Shown one piece after another: positions 1 to 48,477 of a DNA stretch of 64,000 nucleotides (the stretch's first letter is position 1; the number at the start of each line of letters is the position of its first letter). Both the position numbers and the translations under genes were made by a program. The DNA is from Phyllobates terribilis (Eukaryota), in contig NW_027362767.1 of the NCBI RefSeq assembly GCF_046119375.1, positions 51,026,001-51,090,000 on the forward strand, read 5' to 3'. The notes under the pieces are model-generated. The model was not told the origin of the DNA, made no database searches, and worked only from the letters and a program-made list of their open reading frames with translations.

Positions 1-1159
1 ATTGTGTCTCATCTAGAAAATAAACTTTAGAAATAGTCCAGACTACGTGCAAGGCTTGTTTGTAACGTGTAACCATGAAGATACACAGGTCTGCATAGGA
101 GCTGTGTACATTAATCAGGAATACTTGTAAAGAGGCTTCAATTGTCGTGGTGGATGGAGAAGCATTCATACCAATAAAAGTGTTGGGCTACGTTCACACC
201 TTGCATATTTCAATCTTTATGCTGCAAGTTTGGAATGTGCCACGTCCAGATTTCCACGATTAACACGCTGCACTTTAGGTCAATTTACACAATGATGAGA
301 ATCCTTCAGTTCTCGCCTACTTGGCGGCTCCTGTATTAATCTGCGGCTTTTCTGCAAGCAAATCTGTGTGGAAAATCAGCACCAGAAATTCTGTCGGATT
401 AATGTGGGACCCCCCCCCCCCCTCTTCACTGGTCACAAGAGCACTGCCAGGTGAATAGTGCCCCATCGCTCCATGGCAGTGACGAAGATGGACGATTGCT
501 GAACGAGGCCATCAACGTCACCCCCATCAGACAATGGTGCGGCATCGCGATTGTGGGACCGTCCGCTCCATTCACCTTCTCACAACTGTTGTTTTATGGT
601 CAGAAGATTATCTCCCTAAACCTGATGATCGGTGCAGGGCACAATCTAACAACTATCCCCTATGCAGTGCAATGACGGTAATTGTTGTAGATTGGATTAA
701 GCATTTAATATTGTTTAGTTCTCGGGCAGCAGAAAGTAGTGAGAGAGGTCGATTCCTGGGCTGTCACATAAAAATCAGGGTTTCTCAGCTGCAGTGGGAG
801 CCCTGAAGACCACCCGATTCTGGGCATACGTTCATTAGCTTCTGATGATCATCAGTTGCGATTTCCACCGCTGTCTGGTTTTCTCCCTATACACAGTATA
901 CATAGAAAGCTGTCAATCACCCACAGGAGTGTGTGGGAGCCGCGGCTCATGAACACAAGGGCTCGCCTTATTACCCACTGACACTCTGTCCGTCTCTTGG
1001 TCCCTACTTCCGGGTTCCTTCTCGACACACAGGAAATGATAAATAATCCCTCTCACCCAGTGATGGACCGAGTAACATTGCATCTCATAAGAAGGATGAG
1101 CAAACACTACCTGCAATATTAGTCTCTGGCAAATAAGGTACAAAAGCTAAATGTATTAA

Positions 1160-1577
1160 AATATTTATCCTTTATTAAAGCCCCCATGAAGAAGCATGGC
1201 GAAACGGCGCAGTTGATGTGGTAGCCATGACACATGCGGACCTTACTTCTACACCAATGTAAGTAGAAATATATGGACTTTAAACTCACTATCTACCTCA
1301 ATATGACTTATTTGACCTAAACTAACTCTACATAGCAAAACCTTTCGGACAAATGGGCACTTGCACTTTACCTAATTACCATATTAAGCTCTGCATGGAG
1401 TAAATTACTCTCACTTGTCAGCCATTTTCTGTCATAACTAAATGTAATTTGCCTCATATTTCTAGCTACTTACTATATCTCTTTATATAATTATGGCATG
1501 AGGTCTGTATGCTACAATTTTCGTTCTCCCTGCATATTTTTAATTTTATGAAATGTATTAATAGAGGATAAATATTA
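1160..1577 (+). mobile_element. Penelope-like pseudo-LTR relic with inverted 3' tip
   Basis: Inverted repeat 1160-1178 / 1558-1576 (18/19 match, contains AATAAA-like signal); TGAAGA..GCGAAAC hammerhead-like relic at 1187-1214. Confidence 0.45.
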
Positions 1578-3629
1578 CCATTGAAGGGTTATGCTTGATT
1601 TTTTTGTGACGTGTGTAGTTAGTAATCTCATAAGAAGGAGCAGAAAACTGAAGCGTGTGAGCATGCAGGGAGCACCGGTACAGCAGGGATTCGAATGCAA
1701 TAAGTAGTGTTTTTTTTTTTTTTTTTAAGTTGGACAGGCCAGACATCCCCTTTAATATTGGAATAAGTGGACTTCCTGTTTGCTGCTGGGATGGTACGTT
1801 CCTGAAGATCGGAGCTGAGGCACGATTGCACCGCTGGTCCGATCTGTGCATTCTCCCATGCTGCAATAAGAGGAAGCTTTGTCTCTGCAGCATCTGAAGA
1901 GCGCAGGGGCACCCATCGATTCTGCATCAGGAGATGAGCGCCACCGGTGATGGGGCGGACGTCATTTACTTGCCAGATACTCACTTTTGTGCAGCACTGA
2001 CAGTGGCCAAATGAAGCATCAACGGTCCACAATTAAATCAAGGTTTCATCCATGTGATGCACAATAATGTTGGGTCTTCCAGAGACGGATCCTCTTTTTT
2101 TTAGACACTCTACGGTCTGGCCAAAGTAAATCAGAAATTAAAACAGCAGCCAAAGTCTGGTAATTATGTCGTCTTAAAATAGTGAGAAGCGCAGCCACCT
2201 TGTTTGTTACTCTTAGGGCTTATTCAACCGGATTTTCGGTCTGAATGATGTCCCATATAAAAAAAAACGGATCTCACTTGGCCCAATGTTATTCAGTGGG
2301 GAAGTGCAAATGAGTGATTTTTTTTTACACTGACCGAATCTGCGTGTGAAAAAAATCACAGCGTGTAGGATTTTCCTCCGGAAATCGGATGAGACTTAAC
2401 CATTGAAGTCTATGGGTGAGGAAAAAAAAAAAAAAACGGATTCCATACGGAGCCACAGCAAAGGATCCAATTTTTACAGATTCATAATAGACATTCATGG
2501 TAAAAACTGTCAAAAAGTAGATAATTCATAAATGGTGACCAATATGGCTGCACTTCCTATATTAAAAAAATATATATTTCTGTAAGGAGGAGAAAAATAA
2601 ATTGCCAAACTTTAGCTGCCGCTTTAACACAGAGCCATAACTTTTGGATGGAATCGTCTGTCCGCAACGTAGACTGGAAGCAACGATAAGAAAGATCACA
2701 TTCTATATCAGATGGTGATGGGCAATGACCACAAAAAAAAGGTAAAAATATATCATTTTCATACAATTCAGAGAACTTTGGTAAAAACAACAATGTAGCG
2801 GCAGCACCCCCCACAGGGCAACGACAGTCATTGCATCTCAATAGCAATGACTATGCAGCAAGGTCAAGCAGCAAATATGGGAGAAATCTGAGACAATCAG
2901 ATTGTTGGAATTGATGTGAGGACAGGTCCCCCCCATTTAGTTCCATTTTAAGGGGAAAATCTGCCGATAAGTCACAAGAATTTTTATGGATTTTTTCTAC
3001 TAGATGTGAATAGGGCTACAAAACCTCATTCACACGCAGGGGATGCAGAGTGTTAGTGAATGTGATAAGGATTGTGCAAAAACCACACCAAAATTCGCAT
3101 CACTCCTTGAAAGCATTAATGGGGCCAAAGCATTAAGCAAACGTAACATTTTATACAGATTTGGGACCTGTTCACACATCCAGGATCCAATAAGGATTAC
3201 AGAGGGGATTCTGTGCCAAGATACTCACCACACGCAGTGCACACGTAAGGGTTTCTTTTGGATCCCCTTTAATCTACATGGATATTTGTCTACACAGTGG
3301 CGAAAAAAATCCACGAGAAAAATATGCACAATTGCAGTTTTCATGATTTCCGCATGGAAAAGAAGGTGGATTGGTCGCAAGAAATGGTGCAAATTCTCCT
3401 ATAGTTCACACCAGAAATCCAATTGTCAGCCTCAGAGATCGGGACACGAGCGCCATCAGCAGGTATTCTGCACCCTCGAGATCCTAATGGTAGGACAGGA
3501 GCAGAATTCCTGCTGACTGCGTACACATCCCGGCGGGTATCAGCAGACGTGACGCCACGGGTCCTGCTCATCTCCCAATGTGAATGTAAGTGGACCTGGA
3601 ATACCACTTTCTAATCTATACACAAAATA

Positions 3630-4819
3630 CAGTGGCTTGCGAAAGTATTCACCCCCAACACCCCTTCCCTTAGCATTTTTGGTGTTTTTCCACCTCACAA
3701 CCTGGAATTTCACAGTTTTTTTGAGGGTTTGTATTGGTTCATGTAAAGAACATGCCTACAACTGTGAACATTTGTTTTTTTTTTATTGTGAAGAAAACAC
3801 CAAATAGGACAAAATAACAAAAAACTTCAGTGTGCATAACTATTCACCCCCTCAAGTCAGTACTTCGTAGAACCTCCTTTTGTGGCTATTACAGCTGCAA
3901 ATCGCCTTGGATAAGTCTCTATGAGCTTTCCACATCTTGCAACTGGGATTTTTGCCCATTCCTCAAGGCAAAACTGCTCCAGCTCCTTCACATTAGATGG
4001 TTTCCTCGGGTGAACAGCAATCTTCAAATCACTGACAGACTGAAACAGGTTTTGCTCAAGAATATCCCTGTATTTCACACCTTCCATCTTCCCCTCAACT
4101 CGGACCATTTTCCCTGTCCCTGCTGACAAAAATTATCCCCACAGCATGATGCTGCCATCACGTTTTACTGTTGGGATGGTGTTCTTGGGGTGATGAGCTG
4201 TGTTGGTTTTGGTGGTCAAAAAGTTCAATTTTGGTCTCATCTGACCACAGCACCTTCCTCCATACATTTAGGGAGTCTTCCCTCAAGTCTTTTGGCAAAC
4301 TCAAAACGAGCCTTACAATGTTTGTGTGTAAGTAAAGGCTTTTTTTCTGCCCACTCTTCTATAGAGGCCACCTCTACGGAGTGTACGGCTTATTGTGGTC
4401 GTATGGACAGATACTCCAGTCTCTTGCTTGGGAACTCTGCAGCTCCTTCAGGGTTACCTTTAGTCTCAGTGTTGCCTCTCTGATTAATGCCCTCCTTGCC
4501 CGGGCTGAGAGTTTTGGTGGCGGCCCTCTCTTGGCAGGTTTGTTGTGGTACCATGTTCTTTCTATTTGATGATAATGGATTTGATTTTGCTCAGGGGAAT
4601 CATCAGAGATTGGGATATTTTTTATAACCCAACCCTGACTTGTGCTTCTCAGCAGCTTTCTCCCTGACTTGTTTGGAGATCCTTGGTCTTCATGGTGGTG
4701 TTAGGTTAGTGGTGCCTCTTGCTTAATGGTGTTGAGCCTCTATGGCCCTTCAGAAAAAGGTATGTATATATCAAAATAGGTAAAAAGCCAAAGGGGGTGA
4801 ATACTTTCGTAAGCCACTA
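3630..4819 (-). mobile_element. Internally deleted Tc1/mariner transposon
   Basis: TA-flanked TIRs CAGTGGCTTGCGAAAGTATTCACCCC; transposase remnants KYRDILEQNL and LEQFCLEEWAKIP...AAVIATKGGSTKY*. Confidence 0.9.
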
Positions 4820-5104
4820 TATCTCATAAATGGTGGCATGCTGCAAGTGCGGATTCCTTCTTCGTGAAAATCCATGGAGAATATGACGGCTGTAAATTGT
4901 TTAATGGGGGTCACCAGACCCCTGCTCTTCTGAGAGCTAAAAGTCCCATTGGGCATTTATGGCGCATCCCTGTCACATAACTTTATGTTAACATTCATTC
5001 TTTTCAGACGTATATTACAGATTATTATCTGGCTTCATGCACAAAATATACACTATAACCAAGCACCGGTATAAAATACAATATTAGGGAAAAAGAACCT
5101 CAAG

Positions 5105-5486
5105 GAGATGTCTAAATATAAAGTGTTTATTTCCCGGACAGACATTACTTGTGTGCACAGGTCACGTACAGACCACAGATTCCTATAGCTGATCTTCCCT
5201 TTATATTTACCGGGTGGTGATTATGGAAATCTTCATAAATTCCATTTGTAGATAAATGGTGGATCTGAAGCCTAATGTGAAGCAGAGTGCACTGAGCAGA
5301 GGACGGCCGTACCGCAGACGTCTCCTACAATCTGCCTCGCTGCCCTACAGTGTGATGTGCCCCCCGGGGTCTCCTCTGCCATCCAGCACATATTCACCAT
5401 GTTCTTAGCCTTGTGGACCTGGTCCGGAAATGCCAGAGGATGCGATGACGACATTAATGCCCAATATTCCCTCCGTTTCTACAACA
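5105..5486 (-). other. VCPKMT: Putative non-coding terminal exon (3' UTR) of VCPKMT
   Basis: Strong acceptor ctgctttggtctttctttcctcag ending at 5487; AATAAA at 5131-5126 with U-rich sequence downstream; inference. Confidence 0.5.
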
Positions 5487-5854
5487 CTGAGGAAAGAAAG
5501 ACCAAAGCAGTCATTGTAAAAAGGGTGAAGGAAAGGAAAGGTGATACTGGCACAAAACTCAAGGTAAATCCATGTTACTGGAACCTACGGCCTCATTCAG
5601 ACGTCCGGCAATCACAGACTTGTTCTGTGGTTTTTCACGGATAGATCACGTTCACATTGTAGTCTATGGTGACGGTCACATGTTCTTATTTTTTTGCAGA
5701 CTTATGAGGATCAACATTACCCATTCAAGTCTATAGGTCTGTGAAAATCACGGGCAGCGCACAGATGGCGTCAGAGTGCAGTCCATGATTAACAATGTAA
5801 TGGATAGAAGAAACTCTCTCATTTATTTTTTCATACGTAAAAAAAAACACAAAA

Positions 5855-6968
5855 CCCCTTTACGACCTTGGACGTATGAGTATGTCCAAGGTCGCATCTG
5901 CCTCTTTGGTGTGGGCTCCGGCGCTGATCCAGCACCTTTCCGGACACATGACAGCTGATCTGTCTCTAACCGCTGCGGGTGGAATCGCGATCCACCCACG
6001 GCTGTTAACATGTTAAACGCCGCTGTCAAACTGATAGCGGCATTTAACATGCATGCGCCAGAAGCGTGTCATAACACCTGCCCATTGGCGCGCCCGTCAC
6101 ATGATCATGGGTCACCAATGGGTTAGCATAACAATCCGGGGTCTGCAGGAGACCCCTGTGGTTGTTATAGCCGATCTGCTATCAGCACCGCCCAGCAGTC
6201 AGCACTCATAGCACATGGCTAAAGCCTTATGTGTAACAAAGGCGATCGGATGATCGCAGCTTCTATCTCCCACGGAGACCATTGAAGAATGTCTAGTTTT
6301 ACTTTAAAGTAAAATAAAACGTTTAAAAATATTTAAAAAATATAAGTTCAAATCACCCCCCTTTCGCCCCATTCAAAATAAAACAATAAAAAAAAATATA
6401 ATTTGGTATCGCCGAGTTCAGAATCGCCCGATCTATCAATATAAAAAAAGAATTAATCCGATCGATAAAAAGCGTAAGGAGAAAAAAAATATCAAAACAC
6501 CAGAATTACAAAACATCAGATCTACCCCAAAATTGTATCAATAAAAACTCAGCTCGGCGCGCAAAAAATAAGCCCTCACCTGGCCCCAGATCTCGAAAAA
6601 AGATGGAGACGCTACGGGTCTCGGAAAATGGCGCCATTTTTTTTTTTTTTATTATAAACTTTGGATTTTTTTTCACCACTTAAATACAAAAGAACCTATA
6701 CATGTTTGGTATCTATGAACTTGTAATGACCTGGGGAATCAGAAGGGCAGGTCAGTTTTAGCATTTAGTTTTTTTGCTATTTCACCGCACTTTTATCCCG
6801 TTTCCAGTACACGATATGGTAAAACTAATGGTGTCGTTCAAAAGTACAACTCATCCCGCAAGAAATAAGCCCTCACTTGGCCATATTGATGGAAAAATAT
6901 AAAAGTTATGGCTCTGGGAAGAAGAGGAGCAAAAAACAAAAATACAAAAACCCAAGGTGGTAAAGGGG
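5855..6968. mobile_element. piggyBac-like non-autonomous element (related fragments at ~22370-22900, 24070-24730, 59040-59830, 60730-61430)
   Basis: CCCCTT..ACC / GGT..AAGGGG termini with degenerate TTAA flanks; subterminal hairpin GACCTTGGAC..GTCCAAGGTC; shared internal sequence. Confidence 0.6.
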
Positions 6969-8185
6969 TTAGATCGGATCCAAAATACTAATAACTCTAG
7001 GACAGTATTTTTTTTGCGCACATGAAAATTCCCTAATGCAGGTGCAGATGGCCCTATAAAAAAAAGAATGGGTGAGTTATGTCTGCAAAATGTGGATGCG
7101 GACCAGAATAAGGAATACTTCTTTTTCTGGTCCTTGTACAAAAACGCCCTTTTATTTAGTTTGTTGCAAACGTGGACCGAAAATACAATCATCTAACAAG
7201 CCCTAATGCTTCATGCCCTCAGCAACAGCTGGTACAGAGCCCCTTTACATCTGCACCATATACATCACCAGACTTACAGTCAGTACTGAATATAGGGGTC
7301 ATCCAGCTCCGCTCACTTCAGCATCAGGTGAGAAGCATTAGTGACGCGGCCTCCATCAGACGGCGGCGGGTCTGCTGCACAAACCTGCCTAATAATGGAA
7401 AGCAGCCGACGGAAGCAGCTCTCACCCCCAGCGCAGAAGTGACAGGTCCTGGATAACCCCTTAAAGGATATAAACACATTCAAGTGTCATTTTTTTTTTA
7501 CTCAAATGCATTTATTTCTGGATACAATTCATTGTTGCAATTGAGTTTCCTTAAAATTTTTGCACTGTTTGCCTTCCAGTAATCTGAGGCCGTCAGTCAT
7601 GACCGGCTCATCAAAAGAGGAGCCGACGTTTGCATCGCACCCGTCCAGCAGCAACAGATGCTGACGCAGCTGTCAGACTGGGTACTGCGAATCAATTTGC
7701 ATCATTGATAAAACTCTTATCTTCCTTCTTCCGAGCTCCTGTCAGTTGATTTATAATCACTAAGTTCAGTTCAATGTTCATAAATCAGTGTAAGAGTTAA
7801 AAAAACGTGCTGGACTGAGCGAGCTCACTGATGGGTTCTCAGTTAACTCATTTTGCAGCCAGCAATAGACAGTGCAGCACAGAGGCTATTGAAGGCAAAC
7901 ATCAAAATTTTTTTTAAAGAAACCCAATTGCAAAAATGATCTTTAGCCAAAACTACATACATTTTCCTCAGCTTTCTGTCAGTCAACGAGCCTATCAGCT
8001 ATGTGAACAGGGCAAGAATGGAAACAAGATTGTCCCTATCTACTGATGGCGAGCAGAGCTCTGGCACAACAAAGTATACGAAAAAAATTAATAACTTATT
8101 TTACAAAGATCAATATTTATCCACATATAATATGACATTAGGCAAGAAGCATCACAACGGCGAAGCTCAAGGACGTGGGACTCAC

Positions 8186-14087
<5,902 letters not shown>

Positions 14088-17000
14088 CTAGAAAACAGGT
14101 CACTTCTTTAGCAAGATACTAAATATAAAAAAAATAAGACACCACACTGCGTTTTGAGGGACAATCTTGCAATTTTTTTTATTTAATTGTTATTCTATTT
14201 AACATTTAATTCCATTGTTATTCTTAAATAAAGTGACAGCGGTAGTGGGCTCCATCAGACGGCTCAGATGCTATGCAACATGGCAGCTGCGGGGTTAAAT
14301 AGACAAGATTGTAGATATCTCTAATCCAGGCTATTTCAGTAGATATGTGGGTGGCACGGGCTCGGCTCCTGAGCCTGCCCGCTACCTGTGTCCAGTGATA
14401 ACTGGCTCGCAGGGACCGCAGTTGGCACCAAGAATAAATTATCAGCTTCTTTTTGTTGCCATTGTGGTAATGGTGGTCACTTTCAGACATGACGACGGTC
14501 TAATGAGGCTTCTCTCTCCTTGGATCTGCCCTTTATAGTTATTCCTAGATTGGCAAAATAGACGTCTGAATGAGGCCCAAGAGGAAGAACGGACCCATTA
14601 CATCCATCTTGGATCCGTGTGTCTGTCTATATTATCAGTGTCGAATTCTTAAAGGCCGGGCCGGGGTCCAGAGATCAGACTGGTCCGGTGTCACCACAGG
14701 CCGGCTTCTGAAGGTTCAGGGACCTGTCATTTAAGCCCAGAATGATGAATATGAGGCCTGAGCATCAAAAAACGAACCACAGCCGCCCCACAGCACAAGC
14801 ATCTCATTAAAGTGATACCTGGGGTGAAGAAGTCTATGTGTGCAGTTTGGAGTTAATCAGTGGAAGGCCGAGGTCGCATTAGCGTATGGCAGCCGATGCT
14901 AATGTCACTCGGCCCCTGCTCTGCTGGGAGCGGGAGCTGAGCGTCGGTGCTCTGGGCTCCAGCCCACTCACACAGAGAGGAACACAGCACCGCAGGGGAG
15001 GGGACGAAGAAAGTAATTTCTCCTTCTCCTCTGTTGCTGGCGTTGGCGGGAATCGCACTGCACTTAGGTGATACCAGAGTGCAGTGTGATGTTTTACATG
15101 CACTCAGACTTATATGGGTGCGTGTGATCAGAATCCAGCATGCTGGGATTTTTTTTTCCAGTCTAATCGCAATCCGAAAAAAAAAAACGCATATGAGCAC
15201 ACACTCAGAAATTAACATTGGACCGAAAGCAATCAGATTTTTTTATTGGATTGCATTCGTCTGATTTAATCGCAAGTGAGAGCATTACTCAAGCAGACTC
15301 TGGATATGTAAAGGCCAATCTTGATGAATTACCCCCTTTGATATTGAGTACTTGTCCTTTCTTTGTTCATCTTTACCAGATCGGTGGTGGTCTGACACCC
15401 CGCTACCCCCCCATCGATCAGCTTTTCCTAGTTCTGGCCTGATGTGAACAGTGCAAGAAGCCGAAACACCACCGCTCTGTGGCAGCTCCAGGTACTGCAG
15501 CTCACATTCACATGAATAGTAGCAGAGCTGCAGTACCAGAGAACAGCCACTACCCAATATACGGCGCTGTTCTAGCTCTGTACCATTTTTACATCCAGGC
15601 GCCACAAGAGCTAATCACGGGGGGTGCTGCGTGTCGGACCACCACCAATTTGACATTGACGACCCATCCTAAGCACAAGTCATCAATATGAAAATAGCAG
15701 ACAATCTCTTTACATAATTATACAGTGATAAAGCGATATATAAAACCAGAAACCCTCTTTAACCCCTCACACGCTGATCACTTACTGCAGTTTCTCGCAG
15801 ACCTGATGGAAATAATAGAGATCGGTTTAAGACGACTGAAAATTTATTACATCTGTTAAGAACACAGATACGAAGCACAGTAAAAGGCCACAAGACGGGA
15901 AATGAACGTGGCTCTTAGACAGCTGTACAAACACTGCGGAAACCTGATAAGTCATGTGAAATCCCACGCCGTCCGCCATTACAGGCCCGGTACAAAAGGA
16001 AAAAAAAAAAAACGTCCACTGCCGAGACTGCTGGACAAATCAGAAGGATTCTCACCATTGATATCAAACTTATCGGAAAGGTCTTCCATAGGGGAAGTTA
16101 CGTTATCCTCACTTTACCCTCCCCCCCCCATGCATCGCTGAACGCCCCCCCATTATTATAGAAGAATACGACAGGTCCAGCATTAATAAGGCAGAGCTGG
16201 AGCAAATACTGGGATCACAAAACTTCACTTTCCAGAGGATAACGGGGTTTCAGATCTGGATAAACATTTGCACCGCGCTTCACCAAAAGTGGGGCGATAA
16301 AGTGCAGCACATTACCTGTACAGTGCTGGCGAGGAAACTGTGCCCCCCCCTAGAACGACGCCGCTCAATGCAGCGCCCCCCGCAGACCAGCGCCCGTCCA
16401 GTACAGGCGACACCTTCACTTTACCATATCGCTCTGAAGAACTAATCTATATACAAAGTGCAAGGACTGAATATAAAATAAATACTTTCCTTTAACCCAT
16501 TGCATGCCATAGGCGGAGTATGCAGGAGATCGGGGCCGGGGACTAAAACTTTGTAAAAAAAAAAATATATATATTCAGTTTAAACAAAGAAAAACAGACG
16601 TAGAAGGGGGTTGTATTAAATCGTACATTCATACCGGAGAGGACTGATCTCGGTAGAAAAAGGCAACTCATGAGCAGAATCTGCTAAAATAAAGGAAAAA
16701 GGCACAATCTGAACCCTCCGCAAGCGTAACTCAGGGGGCTAATGAACACTTGTATAAGGAATCGACGTGGTAGAAGTGTGAGGGGCGGCTGACATTTACT
16801 GGTATGAACCCTGCCCGTCTCTATTGCACTCTGGTGTCAGCCACATGGCAGCGAATGTCACATTGGTCGCAGTAAACGTGTGCTCTGGTATCGCGAAACG
16901 ATCACCGTCCTGACAGAATACGGTTGTGTGTGAGCAGCTTTACTCAGGGGAAACCACGCGGTCAGCTCACAGACATACACATGTAGCAGAGCCGAGTCTG

Positions 17001-17848
17001 TCATACCAAAGTGGTGACCGGCGGCTTCAGTGAAGACATCCGGCCACCATCACAACGCACCACATAGTGGTTTTCTGCAATTAAAGCTTAAAAGGGTTGT
17101 CCAGGCCTGAGATCCCAGACGGATATTGATGAGCCATCCTAAGGATGAGGGTCCGACACCTGTTACCCCCAACTAATCAGCTCAGCTCCGAACACTGTGT
17201 AGTGGCCACTCTAGGTACGGCCGCTCTGCTCCCATTCACTTCAGTAGGAGCTGCAGTACCTGACACCCGCCACTAGTGTATGGAGCCGTGCTGATTCCGG
17301 TGTCTGTGGAACCTGGTAACAGCTGATGAGGGGGGGGTGCCAGGTGTCGGACCCCCACCGATCTGACATTGATGACTTGTCACAGGGATAGGTCATCAAT
17401 AATGATATTTAGAAATGGCAGAATGGTGGGTCACACCACTAAGACCCCCAACTATTACGTGTTCTCCATACACATCAACGCTGGGGGGACGGCACTTGTA
17501 CATGACTCTCAGCTGAAATCTATGGGAGTTACGGATAAAAGCTGAGCAACTAGTGCTGTCCTTTCCTACAAAGTCCCATAGACCTCAATGGAGAGGGCAG
17601 TGAGCAAGGGCGGTGCCAGACCACATCTCCACCAATGTGAATGGGGCCAGGAATGAGCCAACCAGCCTGCGGACCCAGCATCTGACACTTCTGTCATCTC
17701 CTACAGATGGGAATCGCCCCTTTCATCAGAAACAATAAAGTATGTGTATATTTGTAGACATTTTTGCTTAATTTCCTTAGTTTTAATATTTGCTTGCTGT
17801 TAGTGACTTACTTACTCCCAGATACAGTCTTCTTATTCTATGAATTAA

Positions 17849-18112
17849 AGGGGTCGTCCAGGCACAAACTATTGATGACCTATTTGTGTGATAGGTAATC
17901 AATAACCGTTCTACGGGGATCCAACACGTGGCCACCGCACCGATCAGCTTACAACAAATCCAGTGTCTGCCGGATGTAAATGCTGAGCGCAGCTCCATTC
18001 AATGTATACTGCACAACATCGCAGTGGTGGTCCCACACCCAGCACCCCTACCGATCTCATATCGATCACCAATCCCATGGATAGGTCCATGTTTTCTGCC
18101 CGAACAACCCCT
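17849..18112. mobile_element. T2/Kolobok-type MITE (many similar copies, e.g. ~17092, 38795, 42290-42447, 45720, 46711, 63203, 63890)
   Basis: TTAA-AGGGGTCGTCC...ACAACCCCTT termini. Confidence 0.7.
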
Positions 18113-19058
18113 TCAGGTCATATTCACACATCCGATTGTCACAATAGGTGCTCGGAGAGTGATAAATGGATGTGTGAATGTCGCCTTAAGTACATCAGCA
18201 CCATGCTACCTGTTTCAGAGGCAGCGATGTCCGTCAGACCATTTCAATTCATGGACAACAAGCAGATGTCTTTAAAATGGAAGAAACTCATAAAAGGTCT
18301 ATCAAGAAATTGCAATGTTCATTACACCACCCCTTTAAATGACAGACTCGGTTCTGCTACTCATTAAGAGAAAAATAAAAGCCTTCCTCCAAATTATTGT
18401 ACCCTCAAAAAAATTGCTGCATGTAGATTACCCATCTGCTAAAAACAGAAAAAGGCAAAATAAATAGCATCCAATGGTCTGCAGAAAGCAAAGCCGGACA
18501 AGCGGAATGACGCTTCCACCTACGGAGGATTCACTACGTCTTGTTTTCGGTTTGGAAAGAAAAAGGCCACTTAGTGCATTTGATAACCAAGACATCGAAT
18601 CCTCCGAATTAGACATTTTTTTTTTCCCCAAAAAAAAATTATTTGGCTGGTTGAATGCGCCTGGAATGTGCTGATCGCATTTGGAGGGTGAACTGCAAAA
18701 ATAAAAAAAATTGCAAGATGAAAAGGTGGGAGATGAAGGAGCAGACAGCAATGGTCCCCCCCCCCACAAGGCAAGGGCGCACAGTGTTCCCCTGAGGCAG
18801 TAACACGCGGTTTTAGTGTTTGAAGGCCGTAGTGTGGATCATTCCTGCACTCGCTGCTTTGATCAGTAGCACTTTAGTGTAAGAGCGTTATCGTTAACCC
18901 CTCCATTACTAAGTGTTGAGCACAGAAGGGGTTAACAATGGAAATACAGTGCCTTATCAAAATAAATTACAAAAATAATAATAATAAAAAAAAAAAAAAG
19001 CTAGTAAAAAGTACATCGCTGATCCCTATCCAGTGTCGAGGACTTCTGTCGACTGTAG

Positions 19059-48477
<29,419 letters not shown>

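Noticed and set aside
1628-2032. 134-aa minus-strand ORF or hidden exon
   Set aside because: No convincing acceptor-donor pair, crosses a poly-T tract, no recognisable homology
17320-17350. CTGATGAG as a second hammerhead
   Set aside because: No stem II/GAAA or stem I complement; part of a MITE
18428-18769. 113-aa and overlapping ORFs downstream of the SOS2 stop
   Set aside because: Lie in the proximal 3' UTR, low complexity, no recognisable product
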